Below are positions 32,613-41,870 of a stretch of 64,000 nucleotides of DNA, piece by piece. Source of the stretch: Clostridia bacterium (GTDB taxonomy: Bacteria > Bacillota > Clostridia > Christensenellales > UBA1242). Location of the stretch: contig JAFQDL010000009.1 of NCBI GenBank assembly GCA_017399265.1, positions 42,052 to 106,051 on the forward strand, read 5' to 3'. Under the pieces are notes generated by a model, which was not told where the DNA came from, ran no database searches, and worked only from the letters and a program-made list of their open reading frames with translations. Made by a program: the position numbers and the translations under genes. Each line of letters opens with the position of its first letter. Positions within the stretch are counted from its first letter, which is position 1.

Positions 32613-32722
32613 TTTCCCCTCCATAGTTTCTAATAATAACAAATATCAATTAATTTTAACACATCCTATATCAGTTGTCAATACCCTATTTCCCCAAAAT
32701 ACTACACATATGTAATTCCTGT

Positions 32723-33694
32723 TTACGCCTCTTTATCAAAAAAATTATCTACTTTTTTTCTCATTCTTTCTTCTTGAGATTCTAATAAGTTTTGAGGGAT
32801 AACAATTGGCACATAACCCTTATTGGTAGCATTCTTATTCATAATATCAGCCAAATCAACAAAACTTTCTCCCTTATCATTTACGATATTAACCATCTCA
32901 GGAGTCAAAATTTCAGGATGTTTAAATAAATTTCCCAATTCTTGATTATTAGCCTTTGCCATTGTCATGAGCATATTATTTCCACCATTATCTACAACTT
33001 CTCTCTGATCTGGATATGCTAAGAATGTAAAAATTGAAGCAACCTCATAATCCTTAATTCTACTAGAGTCTGCACATAACAATCCCATAGTTTTTCCTCT
33101 ATGATTTTTTGCAGTTCTTAACTTTTCATTTTTTAACGCATCTAGATATAACTTAACATCATGTTTATCCTTAGCAATTTCGTGACCAATATTTTCATTG
33201 TAATCGTTTAAAATCTCATGTATATCTGATCTATTTAACATTGCCTTTACAACATCATATCTTCCTTCATAAAGTGCAAAATGAGGCATAGGATATCGTA
33301 AATAATCATATTGTAGTCTTATTGCGTAATCATCTTCTGCTATCATTAATGCCAATTTATCAAAAGCGCAATTTATTGCATGATGACCTAAAAAATATTT
33401 ACCAATATCACAATTTCTAATATTAAAAAATTTACAGTACTTAAGCTCTGGATTTTCTTCTACCATTTTACAAATTTTATCTTCAAGCACTTTTTTATAC
33501 TTGTCATTTTTTGCTGAACCCCAACCATTTTTTTCTTCCATAGCATCAAATCTATAACTTTCTGTTGAATCCAAAATTTTGTCTATCATTTCAAAAACTT
33601 CAGCTTCTCTTTTTAGACTTATTTTCTTAGGGCCTTTGTACTCTAGACCTCTTATCTTTTTAAGTTGTAATCTCTTTTTTAACTTTTCAAACAT
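32723..33694 (-). CDS. Ankyrin-repeat-like protein, paralog 2 of 3
   Basis: 323 aa. PMPHFALYEGRYDVVKAML, GKTMGLLCA, GGNNMLMTMAKANN. Own TTGACA-17-TAGAAT promoter. Confidence 0.5.
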   Translation of the reverse strand: MFEKLKKRLQLKKIRGLEYKGPKKISLKREAEVFEMIDKILDSTESYRFDAMEEKNGWGSAKNDKYKKVLEDKICKMVEENPELKYCKFFNIRNCDIGKYFLGHHAINCAFDKLALMIAEDDYAIRLQYDYLRYPMPHFALYEGRYDVVKAMLNRSDIHEILNDYNENIGHEIAKDKHDVKLYLDALKNEKLRTAKNHRGKTMGLLCADSSRIKDYEVASIFTFLAYPDQREVVDNGGNNMLMTMAKANNQELGNLFKHPEILTPEMVNIVNDKGESFVDLADIMNKNATNKGYVPIVIPQNLLESQEERMRKKVDNFFDKEA

Positions 33695-33802
33695 TTTCTT
33701 CCCTCTTTTAAAATTACATAATTTTAATTAATATTTTTGCAATAATTAAAACCTTTTCTCAGTACAAAAATTCTATCACTGCCCATATTCCTTGTCAACA
33801 TC

Positions 33803-34783
33803 TTATTTTTCAAAATAATCTACTATTGATTCTCTCATTGACTCTTCTTCTGGCAGAATAAATTTCTTTGGAATTTCTAACGGAGTATATCCTTGAGTAT
33901 TTTTATTTGCATTATTCATATTTTCTACCAAACTTACAAAACTTTCTCCGTCTGCATTTACTCGGTTAATAATATTATGTGTTAAAATTTCTGGATTTTT
34001 TAATATATTTGCTAGTTCATAGTTGTTATTTTTAGCCATTGTCATCAATATATTATTTCCTCTTTTATCTACAGCGTCCCTTTGATCAAGACATGCAATA
34101 AACGTAAAGATTGAAGCAACTTTAAAATCTTGATCTGTTCGTCCTGCACAACAATGTCCCATAGTTCTTCCATAAAAATCTTTCGCAGTCCTTAATTTCT
34201 TGTTTTTTAGAGCCTCTAGATAGCATTTTACATCACTTGAATTATCCGCTATATAATGCCCAATATTTTCATTATAATTAAACAATATCTGGTGAATATT
34301 AGAATTCTCTAATGCTTTCATTACAACTTCTGATCTTTCCATTCTACATGCGTAATGCGGAAACGGCATTCCGCAAAACTGCTCAGTCATTCTTAACGCA
34401 TAATCGTCTTCTGCAATCTGAGTTGCCAACTTATCAAAAGCACAACGAACTATATAATGTCCGAATGGAATTTTTTCAGAAAAACCCTCATCAATAACAC
34501 AATATTTTAACTCCGGATTTTCTTCCACAATTTTACACAACTCTTCTTCCAGTACTTTTTTGTATTTATCCTGCTGAATAGTCGTTCTGTTTCTGTAATA
34601 ATTAGAGTTATCCCTCAAATGAATAGCATCAGATTTATATTTTCCTGTTTTAGTTAATATCTTGTCTAACAACTCAAATATTTCAACTTCTCTTTTAAGA
34701 CTTATCTTGATTGGTCCATCATATTTAAATTTTCGTTTCATTTTGTATTCTATTTTCTTTTTTAGATCACTAAAAATACTCAT
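33803..34783 (-). CDS. Ankyrin-repeat-like protein, paralog 3 of 3
   Basis: Start moved to MSIFSD (RBS GAGGGA), matching the paralog N-termini. Own TTGACA-17-TAAAAT promoter near 34850. Confidence 0.5.
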   Translation of the reverse strand: MSIFSDLKKKIEYKMKRKFKYDGPIKISLKREVEIFELLDKILTKTGKYKSDAIHLRDNSNYYRNRTTIQQDKYKKVLEEELCKIVEENPELKYCVIDEGFSEKIPFGHYIVRCAFDKLATQIAEDDYALRMTEQFCGMPFPHYACRMERSEVVMKALENSNIHQILFNYNENIGHYIADNSSDVKCYLEALKNKKLRTAKDFYGRTMGHCCAGRTDQDFKVASIFTFIACLDQRDAVDKRGNNILMTMAKNNNYELANILKNPEILTHNIINRVNADGESFVSLVENMNNANKNTQGYTPLEIPKKFILPEEESMRESIVDYFEK

Positions 34784-35089
34784 TATTCCCTCGTTTTTTA
34801 TTAATACTATTCTGCTATTATTAAACATAATTTTAACACACGCCACGCACCCTGTCAATACCTAAAAATTTTTAAAACAATTCAACTTTTAGCAAAAATT
34901 AAACATAATTAAACTAACAGCAGAAAAATGTTTTTAATTTGCTTTGTATAATGCATTTTTTTTGATAAAATCTAAGTAGAAAAATGTGTAAGTTTTTTTA
35001 CATTTTTTGTAAAAAAAGCAAAACTCGAAATGTAACTAAATTTAGCCATTTTTCATAAATATTACAAATATTAAAATTTAAGGAATTTT

Positions 35090-36175
35090 ATGCATATCAA
35101 ATCTATTGAATTAAACAACTTTAGAAACTACGATAACGAAGTTGTTTACTTAGACAAAAATCTTAATGTCGTTGTTGGAAATAACGCTCAAGGCAAAACC
35201 AATCTACTTGAGAGTATTTATTTAGCATCTATTGGAAAAAGTCCAAGAACTAGCAAAGAAAAAGAACTTATCAGATGGAACTCTACTTTTGCTAAAGTAA
35301 CAATGGAATATGTAAAACACTCTAATATTCACAAAAAACTTGAGATTTTTCTATCCAACAACCAGAATAAATCTATCAAAATTAATGGCTATTATCTAAA
35401 GAAAATTAGTCAACTTTTGGGTGAAATTTATACAGTATATTTTAGCCCAGATGAGTTAAATATTGTTAAAAATGGACCTAACGAAAGACGTAAATTTTTA
35501 GATATAGCAATATGCCAATTTGATAAAAATTATTTTTACAATCTTAACAAATATTTCGAAGTTTTAGACCAAAGAAATAGACTTCTTAAGTCCTCTAACA
35601 ATTCAAAAACAATTGCGGACACACTTGCAATTTGGGACGAACAGCTAGCAATTTTTGGTGCAAAAATAGTATATACTAGACTTAAATTTGTTAATATTTT
35701 ATCAAGTATCGCTAGTCAAATACATAAGGAATTAACAGAAAATAAAGAAGTTTTAAGATTAGAATACACTGGTGTAAATGACGTAACAGAAGATAATATC
35801 AAGGCAAAATTACTACAAGGACTTATTGATTGCAGAGACAAAGATATATCTTTAGGTTATACTAATGTAGGCCCTCAAAGAGACGATATCAAACTAATTG
35901 TTAATGAGATAGATATACGTTCTTTTGGTTCACAAGGACAGCAGAGAACAGTTGCGCTATCCTTAAAACTAGCAGAACTAGAAGTTATAAAAAGCGAAAC
36001 TCACGAGACTCCTATTCTACTGCTTGATGATGTATTGAGCGAGTTAGATAACGACAGACAACTAAAATTAATTAGCAAAGTAAAAGAGTATCAAACCATT
36101 ATAACGTGTACTGAATTTAAGCACAATATAGATTATAATGAGATAAAAATCAATGATGGCAAATTAATAAAATAA
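35090..36175 (+). CDS. recF: DNA replication/repair protein RecF
   Basis: 361 aa. Walker A GNNAQGKTN, signature SQGQQRT, Walker B LLLDDV. Confidence 0.93.
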   Translation: MHIKSIELNNFRNYDNEVVYLDKNLNVVVGNNAQGKTNLLESIYLASIGKSPRTSKEKELIRWNSTFAKVTMEYVKHSNIHKKLEIFLSNNQNKSIKINGYYLKKISQLLGEIYTVYFSPDELNIVKNGPNERRKFLDIAICQFDKNYFYNLNKYFEVLDQRNRLLKSSNNSKTIADTLAIWDEQLAIFGAKIVYTRLKFVNILSSIASQIHKELTENKEVLRLEYTGVNDVTEDNIKAKLLQGLIDCRDKDISLGYTNVGPQRDDIKLIVNEIDIRSFGSQGQQRTVALSLKLAELEVIKSETHETPILLLDDVLSELDNDRQLKLISKVKEYQTIITCTEFKHNIDYNEIKINDGKLIK

Positions 36176-36184
36176 TAATTTGAA

Positions 36185-36208
36185 CCCCTACTATTGTAGG
36201 GGTTTTTT
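36185..36208 (+). terminator. Rho-independent terminator after recF
   Basis: CCCCTAC-tatt-GTAGGGG followed by T6. Confidence 0.85.
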
Positions 36209-36318
36209 ATTCACAAATTTTTAAAAAATGTGGAAAAGCATAACACACTTAAATCAACTCAAAATATCTATATTTTATAAAATTCTGCCAGATATCCACC
36301 CCAAAATTATCAAATTCC

Positions 36319-36347
36319 TTGACAATTATTTTCTCTTTTAGTATACT
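36319..36347 (+). promoter_or_regulatory. dnaA promoter
   Basis: TTGACA (36319-36324), 17 nt spacer, TATACT (36342-36347). Confidence 0.7.
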
Positions 36348-36478
36348 ATATATGTAAGATTAATTTATGGCTAAATAAAGCGGAAATTTGCAAATTGTAT
36401 GTTTTGTAAATTAGTCTTTAAAATCGTTAAAATTTGTAATTTTAATGATTAAAAAAATAAATTATAGATGAGGATGAA

Positions 36479-37819
36479 ATGAATATTAATTCTATATGGA
36501 ATGCGACTTTGAATAGTCTAAAAACTCAAGTTTCATCACTTTCTTATGATTTATGGATTAATACATTAGAACCTATTGATGTTATTGATGGAGTATTATA
36601 TCTATCAACAACCAGCGCTAATGCCAAGAACAGAGTATTGTCTTTACACGGAGAACAAATCAAACAAAGTGTAAAAGCATTAACAGATGAAATCAAAGAT
36701 TTTGTTGTATTGGATCCATACGAGAAAGATGAATATTTTGAGAAATTAAAATTTGAGCAAGAAAGAAGTTTAGCTCAATCACAGAAAGTTAACAACTTTA
36801 ACAAAAAATATACCTTTGATAATTTCGTAGTTGGTAACAGTAACAAATATGTTTTTGCGGCAGCTGTAGGTGTTGCGGAACACCCAGGAAAGATCAATCC
36901 CCTATTTATCTATGGTGGAACTGGTCTTGGTAAGACTCACTTGCTACACGCAATTGGTAATTACTTAGAAGAACACAATCCAGAACTAAACGTTCTATAC
37001 GTTACATGTGAAAAATTTGTAAACGACTACATCGAAAGCATGAAAAATGGTGGAAACCACTACAATAGCAAATTTAGAGAAAAGTATCGTAATGTGGATG
37101 TACTGATGGTCGATGATATACAGATCATTTCAAAACATACCGGTACTCAAGAAGAGTTCTTCCATACATTCAATGATTTGTATCAAAACAATAAACAAAT
37201 AATAATAGTATCTGATAGACCTCCTAAAGAGATCCCTACCCTACAAGAAAGATTGGTAAGCAGATTTAGTATGGGATTTATCCAAGATATACAAACTCCA
37301 GACTTTGAGACAAGAGTAGCTATTCTACAAAAGAAAGCAGAGAATGAAAAATACATTGTCAACAAAGATGTTATCAATTACATTGCAGAAAACTTTGATA
37401 CAAATATAAGAGAGTTAGAAGGAATACTTGGTAAGGTACATTTCTATGCTTGCTTACATATGAAAGAAGTAGCTGACCTAGAGGACGTAATGGAATCTTT
37501 AAAAGATCATGTTACATCTACAAAACAAAATTTAACCACTGACCGTATAATAGATTGCGTATGTAGATACTTTAACGTGTCTCGTACAGAAATACTTGGA
37601 AAAAAGAAAAATAAGGAAATTGTTGAACCTAGACAAATTTGCATGTACATCATAGTTGAGATGTTAGCACTTCCACTTACATCTGTTGGACAGATATTTG
37701 GCGGTAAGGATCATACTACTGTAATACACGCAAGAGAGAAGGTTGCAGACCTTATAAAGAACAATAACCGTATAAAAATAGCAGTTGAGGATATAAAAAG
37801 TATGGCTTCGCGACAATAA
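36479..37819 (+). CDS. dnaA: Chromosomal replication initiator DnaA
   Basis: 446 aa. AAA+ Walker A GGTGLGKTHL, Walker B VLMVDDIQ, and C-terminal HTH (GGKDHTTVIHA). Confidence 0.97.
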   Translation: MNINSIWNATLNSLKTQVSSLSYDLWINTLEPIDVIDGVLYLSTTSANAKNRVLSLHGEQIKQSVKALTDEIKDFVVLDPYEKDEYFEKLKFEQERSLAQSQKVNNFNKKYTFDNFVVGNSNKYVFAAAVGVAEHPGKINPLFIYGGTGLGKTHLLHAIGNYLEEHNPELNVLYVTCEKFVNDYIESMKNGGNHYNSKFREKYRNVDVLMVDDIQIISKHTGTQEEFFHTFNDLYQNNKQIIIVSDRPPKEIPTLQERLVSRFSMGFIQDIQTPDFETRVAILQKKAENEKYIVNKDVINYIAENFDTNIRELEGILGKVHFYACLHMKEVADLEDVMESLKDHVTSTKQNLTTDRIIDCVCRYFNVSRTEILGKKKNKEIVEPRQICMYIIVEMLALPLTSVGQIFGGKDHTTVIHAREKVADLIKNNNRIKIAVEDIKSMASRQ

Positions 37820-37830
37820 ATGCCACTTTT

Positions 37831-38030
37831 TGTGGATATGTGGATAACTTATCCCCACTTATCCACCGACTTATACACAATTATCCTCACTATATGTAGT
37901 AGATTAGTTGACGAAAAATCGTTAACTTTAACACAATATCTTGTGGTTTTGGGAAGTTATACACATTTCCACAGAGCCCATTATATATATTAATATTAAA
38001 AAAAATAAATAAAATATAATAGGAGAGCGC
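37831..38030. other. oriC module: DnaA-box cluster followed by AT-rich unwinding tract
   Basis: Boxes versus TTATCCACA: 37831 (rc, 1 mismatch), 37839-37847 (rc, perfect), 37849 TTATCCCCA, 37859 TTATCCACC, 37871 TTATACACA, 37881 TTATCCTCA, 37957 TTATACACA, 37965 ATTTCCACA. These are followed by an essentially pure A/T run at about 37981-38025. Confidence 0.8.
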
Positions 38031-38033
38031 ATT

Positions 38034-39134
38034 ATGAAAATCGTTTGTGACGGACTTGATTTATCTGATGCAGTCTTAAAAGTAAGTAAAGCTTTAAGTA
38101 ATAAGAGTGTAAATCCTATACTTGAAGGAATTAAAATAAGTACTGATGAAGACTATTTAACATTAACAGCAACAGATTTAGAGTTAACAATAGAAAATAA
38201 AATAAAAGCAGATATCAAAATAGAAGGTGAAGTTGTAGTTCCGGGAAAGTTCTTTGGAGAATATATTAAAAAATTAAACAGAGAGCAAATAGAGCTTACT
38301 ACAGATAACCAAAACAATCTTAGTTTAAGATATGCCGACTCATTCGGTAAGATCCAATGTTATGACAGTTCAGAATATCCAGAAATTAAAAAAGTACAAT
38401 TCGATAATAGTTTCGAGATTAGCCAAAAAGATTTGAAAGAATTAATTAATAAGACAGTATACGCAGTATCAATTGATGAAACAAGACCAATTCTAAAAGG
38501 TGTTAAGTTTGAAGCAGTTGATAATAAACTTACAGCAGTAGCACTTGATGGTTTTAGATTAGCTATGGAAATAAAAGATATCCACAATTTAACTAATAAT
38601 GTGAATATCATTATACCAGCAAAAAGTTTGAGAGAAATTTCAAACATACTTAATGACACAGATGAAACAGTAAAAATAAATATACAAAAGAATAACATGA
38701 TGGTAGAAATTGGAAATTCTACAATAAGTACAAGACTACTTGATGGTGAATTTATAAATTTCAGACAAATTATTCCAAACAGTTTTGCAACAACAGTAAT
38801 AATTAACAAAGCTCAATTAGAAAATTCTATAGACAAAGCAATGCTATTTAGCAGAATTGATAAAAACAACTTAGTAAGATTTGAAGTAAATGAAAAATTA
38901 ATGATTGTATCAAGTCATAGTGAGATAGGTGAGAACAAAGATAATATTTCTATTTCATTAAATGGTAAAGAATTAACAATAGCTTTCAATGCCAGATATT
39001 TCTCAGATGCTTTAAGAGTAATCGATGAAGAATATATTAAGCTAAACTTTAATACTTCAATATCTCCATGCGTAATAACTGGCAATGAAAAAAAAGAATT
39101 TATAAACTTAATTTTACCAGTAAGGATATCATAA
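38034..39134 (+). CDS. dnaN: DNA polymerase III beta sliding clamp
   Basis: 366 aa with the typical three-domain beta-clamp pattern (PILEGIKI..., TRPILKGV..., LPVR C-terminus). Confidence 0.95.
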   Translation: MKIVCDGLDLSDAVLKVSKALSNKSVNPILEGIKISTDEDYLTLTATDLELTIENKIKADIKIEGEVVVPGKFFGEYIKKLNREQIELTTDNQNNLSLRYADSFGKIQCYDSSEYPEIKKVQFDNSFEISQKDLKELINKTVYAVSIDETRPILKGVKFEAVDNKLTAVALDGFRLAMEIKDIHNLTNNVNIIIPAKSLREISNILNDTDETVKINIQKNNMMVEIGNSTISTRLLDGEFINFRQIIPNSFATTVIINKAQLENSIDKAMLFSRIDKNNLVRFEVNEKLMIVSSHSEIGENKDNISISLNGKELTIAFNARYFSDALRVIDEEYIKLNFNTSISPCVITGNEKKEFINLILPVRIS

Positions 39135-40415
39135 ATAATATAAAAGGGTGTTAAAACACTCTTTTTTTTGTTACTATCTATATAATATGTGACAAAAAGT
39201 GTATGTATTGTAACACAACTATATTAATCCGTGACATATTTAATAAAATAAACTTATAAACTAAATATAAAACGATATATAATTATTAAATTATATTATT
39301 AAATTAAATATTTGTGATAAAAAAATAGATTTTACTTTGATTTTAATATTTAAGTATTAAAAATTTTTTAGCTTATTAATTAATTAATGATTATTATAAT
39401 TATACTAAAATTAGATTTTAATTTTAGGATTTAGCCAGGAGTAATTAAATATATTTTTAATTGAAATAATCAGCTAATATATTATGATAAAACAAATATT
39501 ATATGAAACTTGATGATAAAATATATAATAGAGATAGCATTTTAAATTAATTATTTTAAAAACTGACAAGGATTTACCTGTCAAATTTATCAAAATTGAT
39601 TTAATTTACGATTATTAAATTTTTAATATTAAAAAAATGGCTAAATTTAGGGGATATTTACCAATTTTTAATTTGTTAATTTTTTAATAATTTTGTAATT
39701 TATTATATTATTTATCTAAATTTAATAATAATTTTAATAAAAATTTACTAAAAAAACAATAAAAAATGACATATTTTTTAATATTAATAATGACATATTT
39801 TATAAATTTTAACAAAATTTTTTAATATAATATAGTCTAATATAGATAATTAGTATATTAAATAAAAATATTATTATAAAATTAGTACAATTTATTAAAA
39901 ATTAATTATAATTATATCAAATAATAGCGTGAATTAAATTAATTATTTTATTTTTAAGTGAATAATTCCTCATTAGAATTATTAAAATCGATTTAATTTA
40001 CGATTGTTTTTATAAAAACTTAAAAAAATCTATATATAAAGCCATTTTTTGCTATTTTTGATTTTGCTATTTTTTATAATTATCAACATTATTTTATATT
40101 TTGTGGAAATAATAAAAATTTTATATTATAATTATATTAATATAAACTTATGTTTTTACAAAATTTATATTTAAATAAAAATATTTTTTAATATAAATAT
40201 TTTTAATAGCTTTACAAATTTTTTGATTAATTTTTTAATTTATATTTTTAATGATATTTATAAAAATATACTCTTTTCAAAACAAAAAAAATATGGTATA
40301 ATATATGTATAAGATTTATAATTAACTAAAAATCAAATAAAAAATATTGTTTATAAAATAATATCAATTATCCACTTTTTGACATAAAATATGGATAAAT
40401 TAAATATTAACAGAG
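39135..40415. other. 1.28-kb extremely AT-rich ORF-free block between dnaN and mnmE
   Basis: No ORF of 60 aa or more on any frame in the supplied track. Contains the dnaN terminator (about 39143-39170), short internal repeats, two DnaA-box-like 9-mers (40102, 40368) and candidate mnmE promoters (TGgTATAAT at 40294; TTGACA at 40379). Confidence 0.9.
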
Positions 40416-40421
40416 GTGTTT

Positions 40422-41780
40422 ATGGTAGAAGATACTATATGTGCAATTTCTACACCTATGGGTGTTGGAGGTATATCAATAGTTAGAATGAGTGGAAAAG
40501 ATTCATTATTATTGGCGGAAAAAATTTTCAGAAATAGCAAAACTAAAGTTTCTGATTTTGAGCCTAGAAAATTATATTTAGGTACTCTACAAACAGAAAA
40601 TTTTAATGAAAAATGTCTGATGGTTTATTTTAAAGCTCCTAATTCGTATACCGGAGAAGATATGGTAGAGTTTCAATGTCATGGTGGTGTGAAATTAGCA
40701 GAGGGTGTTTTGAAGGAATTAGTAAAAAATGGAGCACGAATTGCCGATGGTGGTGAATTTACCAAAAGGGCATTTCTTGACGGAAAGTTATCACTTGATG
40801 AAGCGGAAGGGGTAATTGATGTCATAAACTCTGAGTCTGATAGTCAGATAAGAGCAGGGTATAATTTGATGCAAGGTAAGCTAAAAAGTAAAGTTTCAGA
40901 AGTTCAAGGTAAGTTAACTGATTGTTTAGCAAAGCTAGAAGTGAGTATGGATTATCCTGAAGAAGAATTAGAAGAAGAAACAAAAATAGATATTATTAAA
41001 GAATTGTCTGATGTGAAAATCGAATTAGAAAAACTTTTATCCACATCTTCTACAGGATTGAGTATCAAAAATGGAACAAAATTAGTTATTGTTGGAAAAA
41101 CTAATGTTGGCAAAAGCAGTCTTATGAATGCTTTACTTAATTATGATAGAGCAATAGTTACAGATATTAAAGGAACAACTAGGGATATTCTAGAGGAGAA
41201 TTTTGAATACAAGGGTGTTAAATTTATTTTAACTGATACTGCTGGAATTAGAGAAAGTGATGATATTGTTGAAAATATCGGGATAAACAAAGCTAAAAAA
41301 TCGATAAATGATGCAGATTTAATATTATTTGTTGTGGATACAAGTGAAAAATTAACAAAAGAAGATGAAGAAATATTAAATTTGTTAAAAAATAAAGAAA
41401 ATGTTTTAGTTATATATAATAAAATTGATTTAGATTGTAAAATTGATAAAAAAGATATTCCATTTAAAAATATAATGGAGATATCGGCGAAAAACGAAAA
41501 AAATATTTTAGAATTAAAAGAAAAGATATATGACACTATTTTTGATCAAAATATTATGTCTGCACCTATAATGTTAACAAATATGAGACATATAGATATT
41601 ATAAGTAAATCACGTGATTTAACAAATATTGCTATTAATACTGCAAAAAATGATATAAATCTTGATTTATTAAGTATAGATATCAAAAATATATGGCTTA
41701 AAATAGGCGAAATTACAGGTGAAACAGAAGTAGAAGAGATTATAAATACAATTTTTAGTAAATTTTGTGTTGGAAAATAA
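40422..41780 (+). CDS. mnmE: tRNA modification GTPase MnmE
   Basis: Start moved to ATG 40422 (RBS AGAGG). G-domain GKTNVGKSS, DTAG, NKID. C-terminal FCVGK. Confidence 0.95.
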   Translation: MVEDTICAISTPMGVGGISIVRMSGKDSLLLAEKIFRNSKTKVSDFEPRKLYLGTLQTENFNEKCLMVYFKAPNSYTGEDMVEFQCHGGVKLAEGVLKELVKNGARIADGGEFTKRAFLDGKLSLDEAEGVIDVINSESDSQIRAGYNLMQGKLKSKVSEVQGKLTDCLAKLEVSMDYPEEELEEETKIDIIKELSDVKIELEKLLSTSSTGLSIKNGTKLVIVGKTNVGKSSLMNALLNYDRAIVTDIKGTTRDILEENFEYKGVKFILTDTAGIRESDDIVENIGINKAKKSINDADLILFVVDTSEKLTKEDEEILNLLKNKENVLVIYNKIDLDCKIDKKDIPFKNIMEISAKNEKNILELKEKIYDTIFDQNIMSAPIMLTNMRHIDIISKSRDLTNIAINTAKNDINLDLLSIDIKNIWLKIGEITGETEVEEIINTIFSKFCVGK

Positions 41781-41870
41781 AGAAAAATCAATAGCGATAT
41801 TGATTTTTTTTATGTATCGTTATATAATAATATATATGTATTACTATAATCATAATTTAAGGAAATAAAT

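Noticed and set aside
39135-40415. Hidden rpmH/rnpA or other tiny genes in the AT-rich block, which is the expected location in many Bacillota
   Set aside because: I scanned for an MKRT...-type Lys/Arg-rich 44-aa frame and found none. Every ATG I checked (for example at about 39500, MKLDDKIYNRDSILN) terminates within a few codons.
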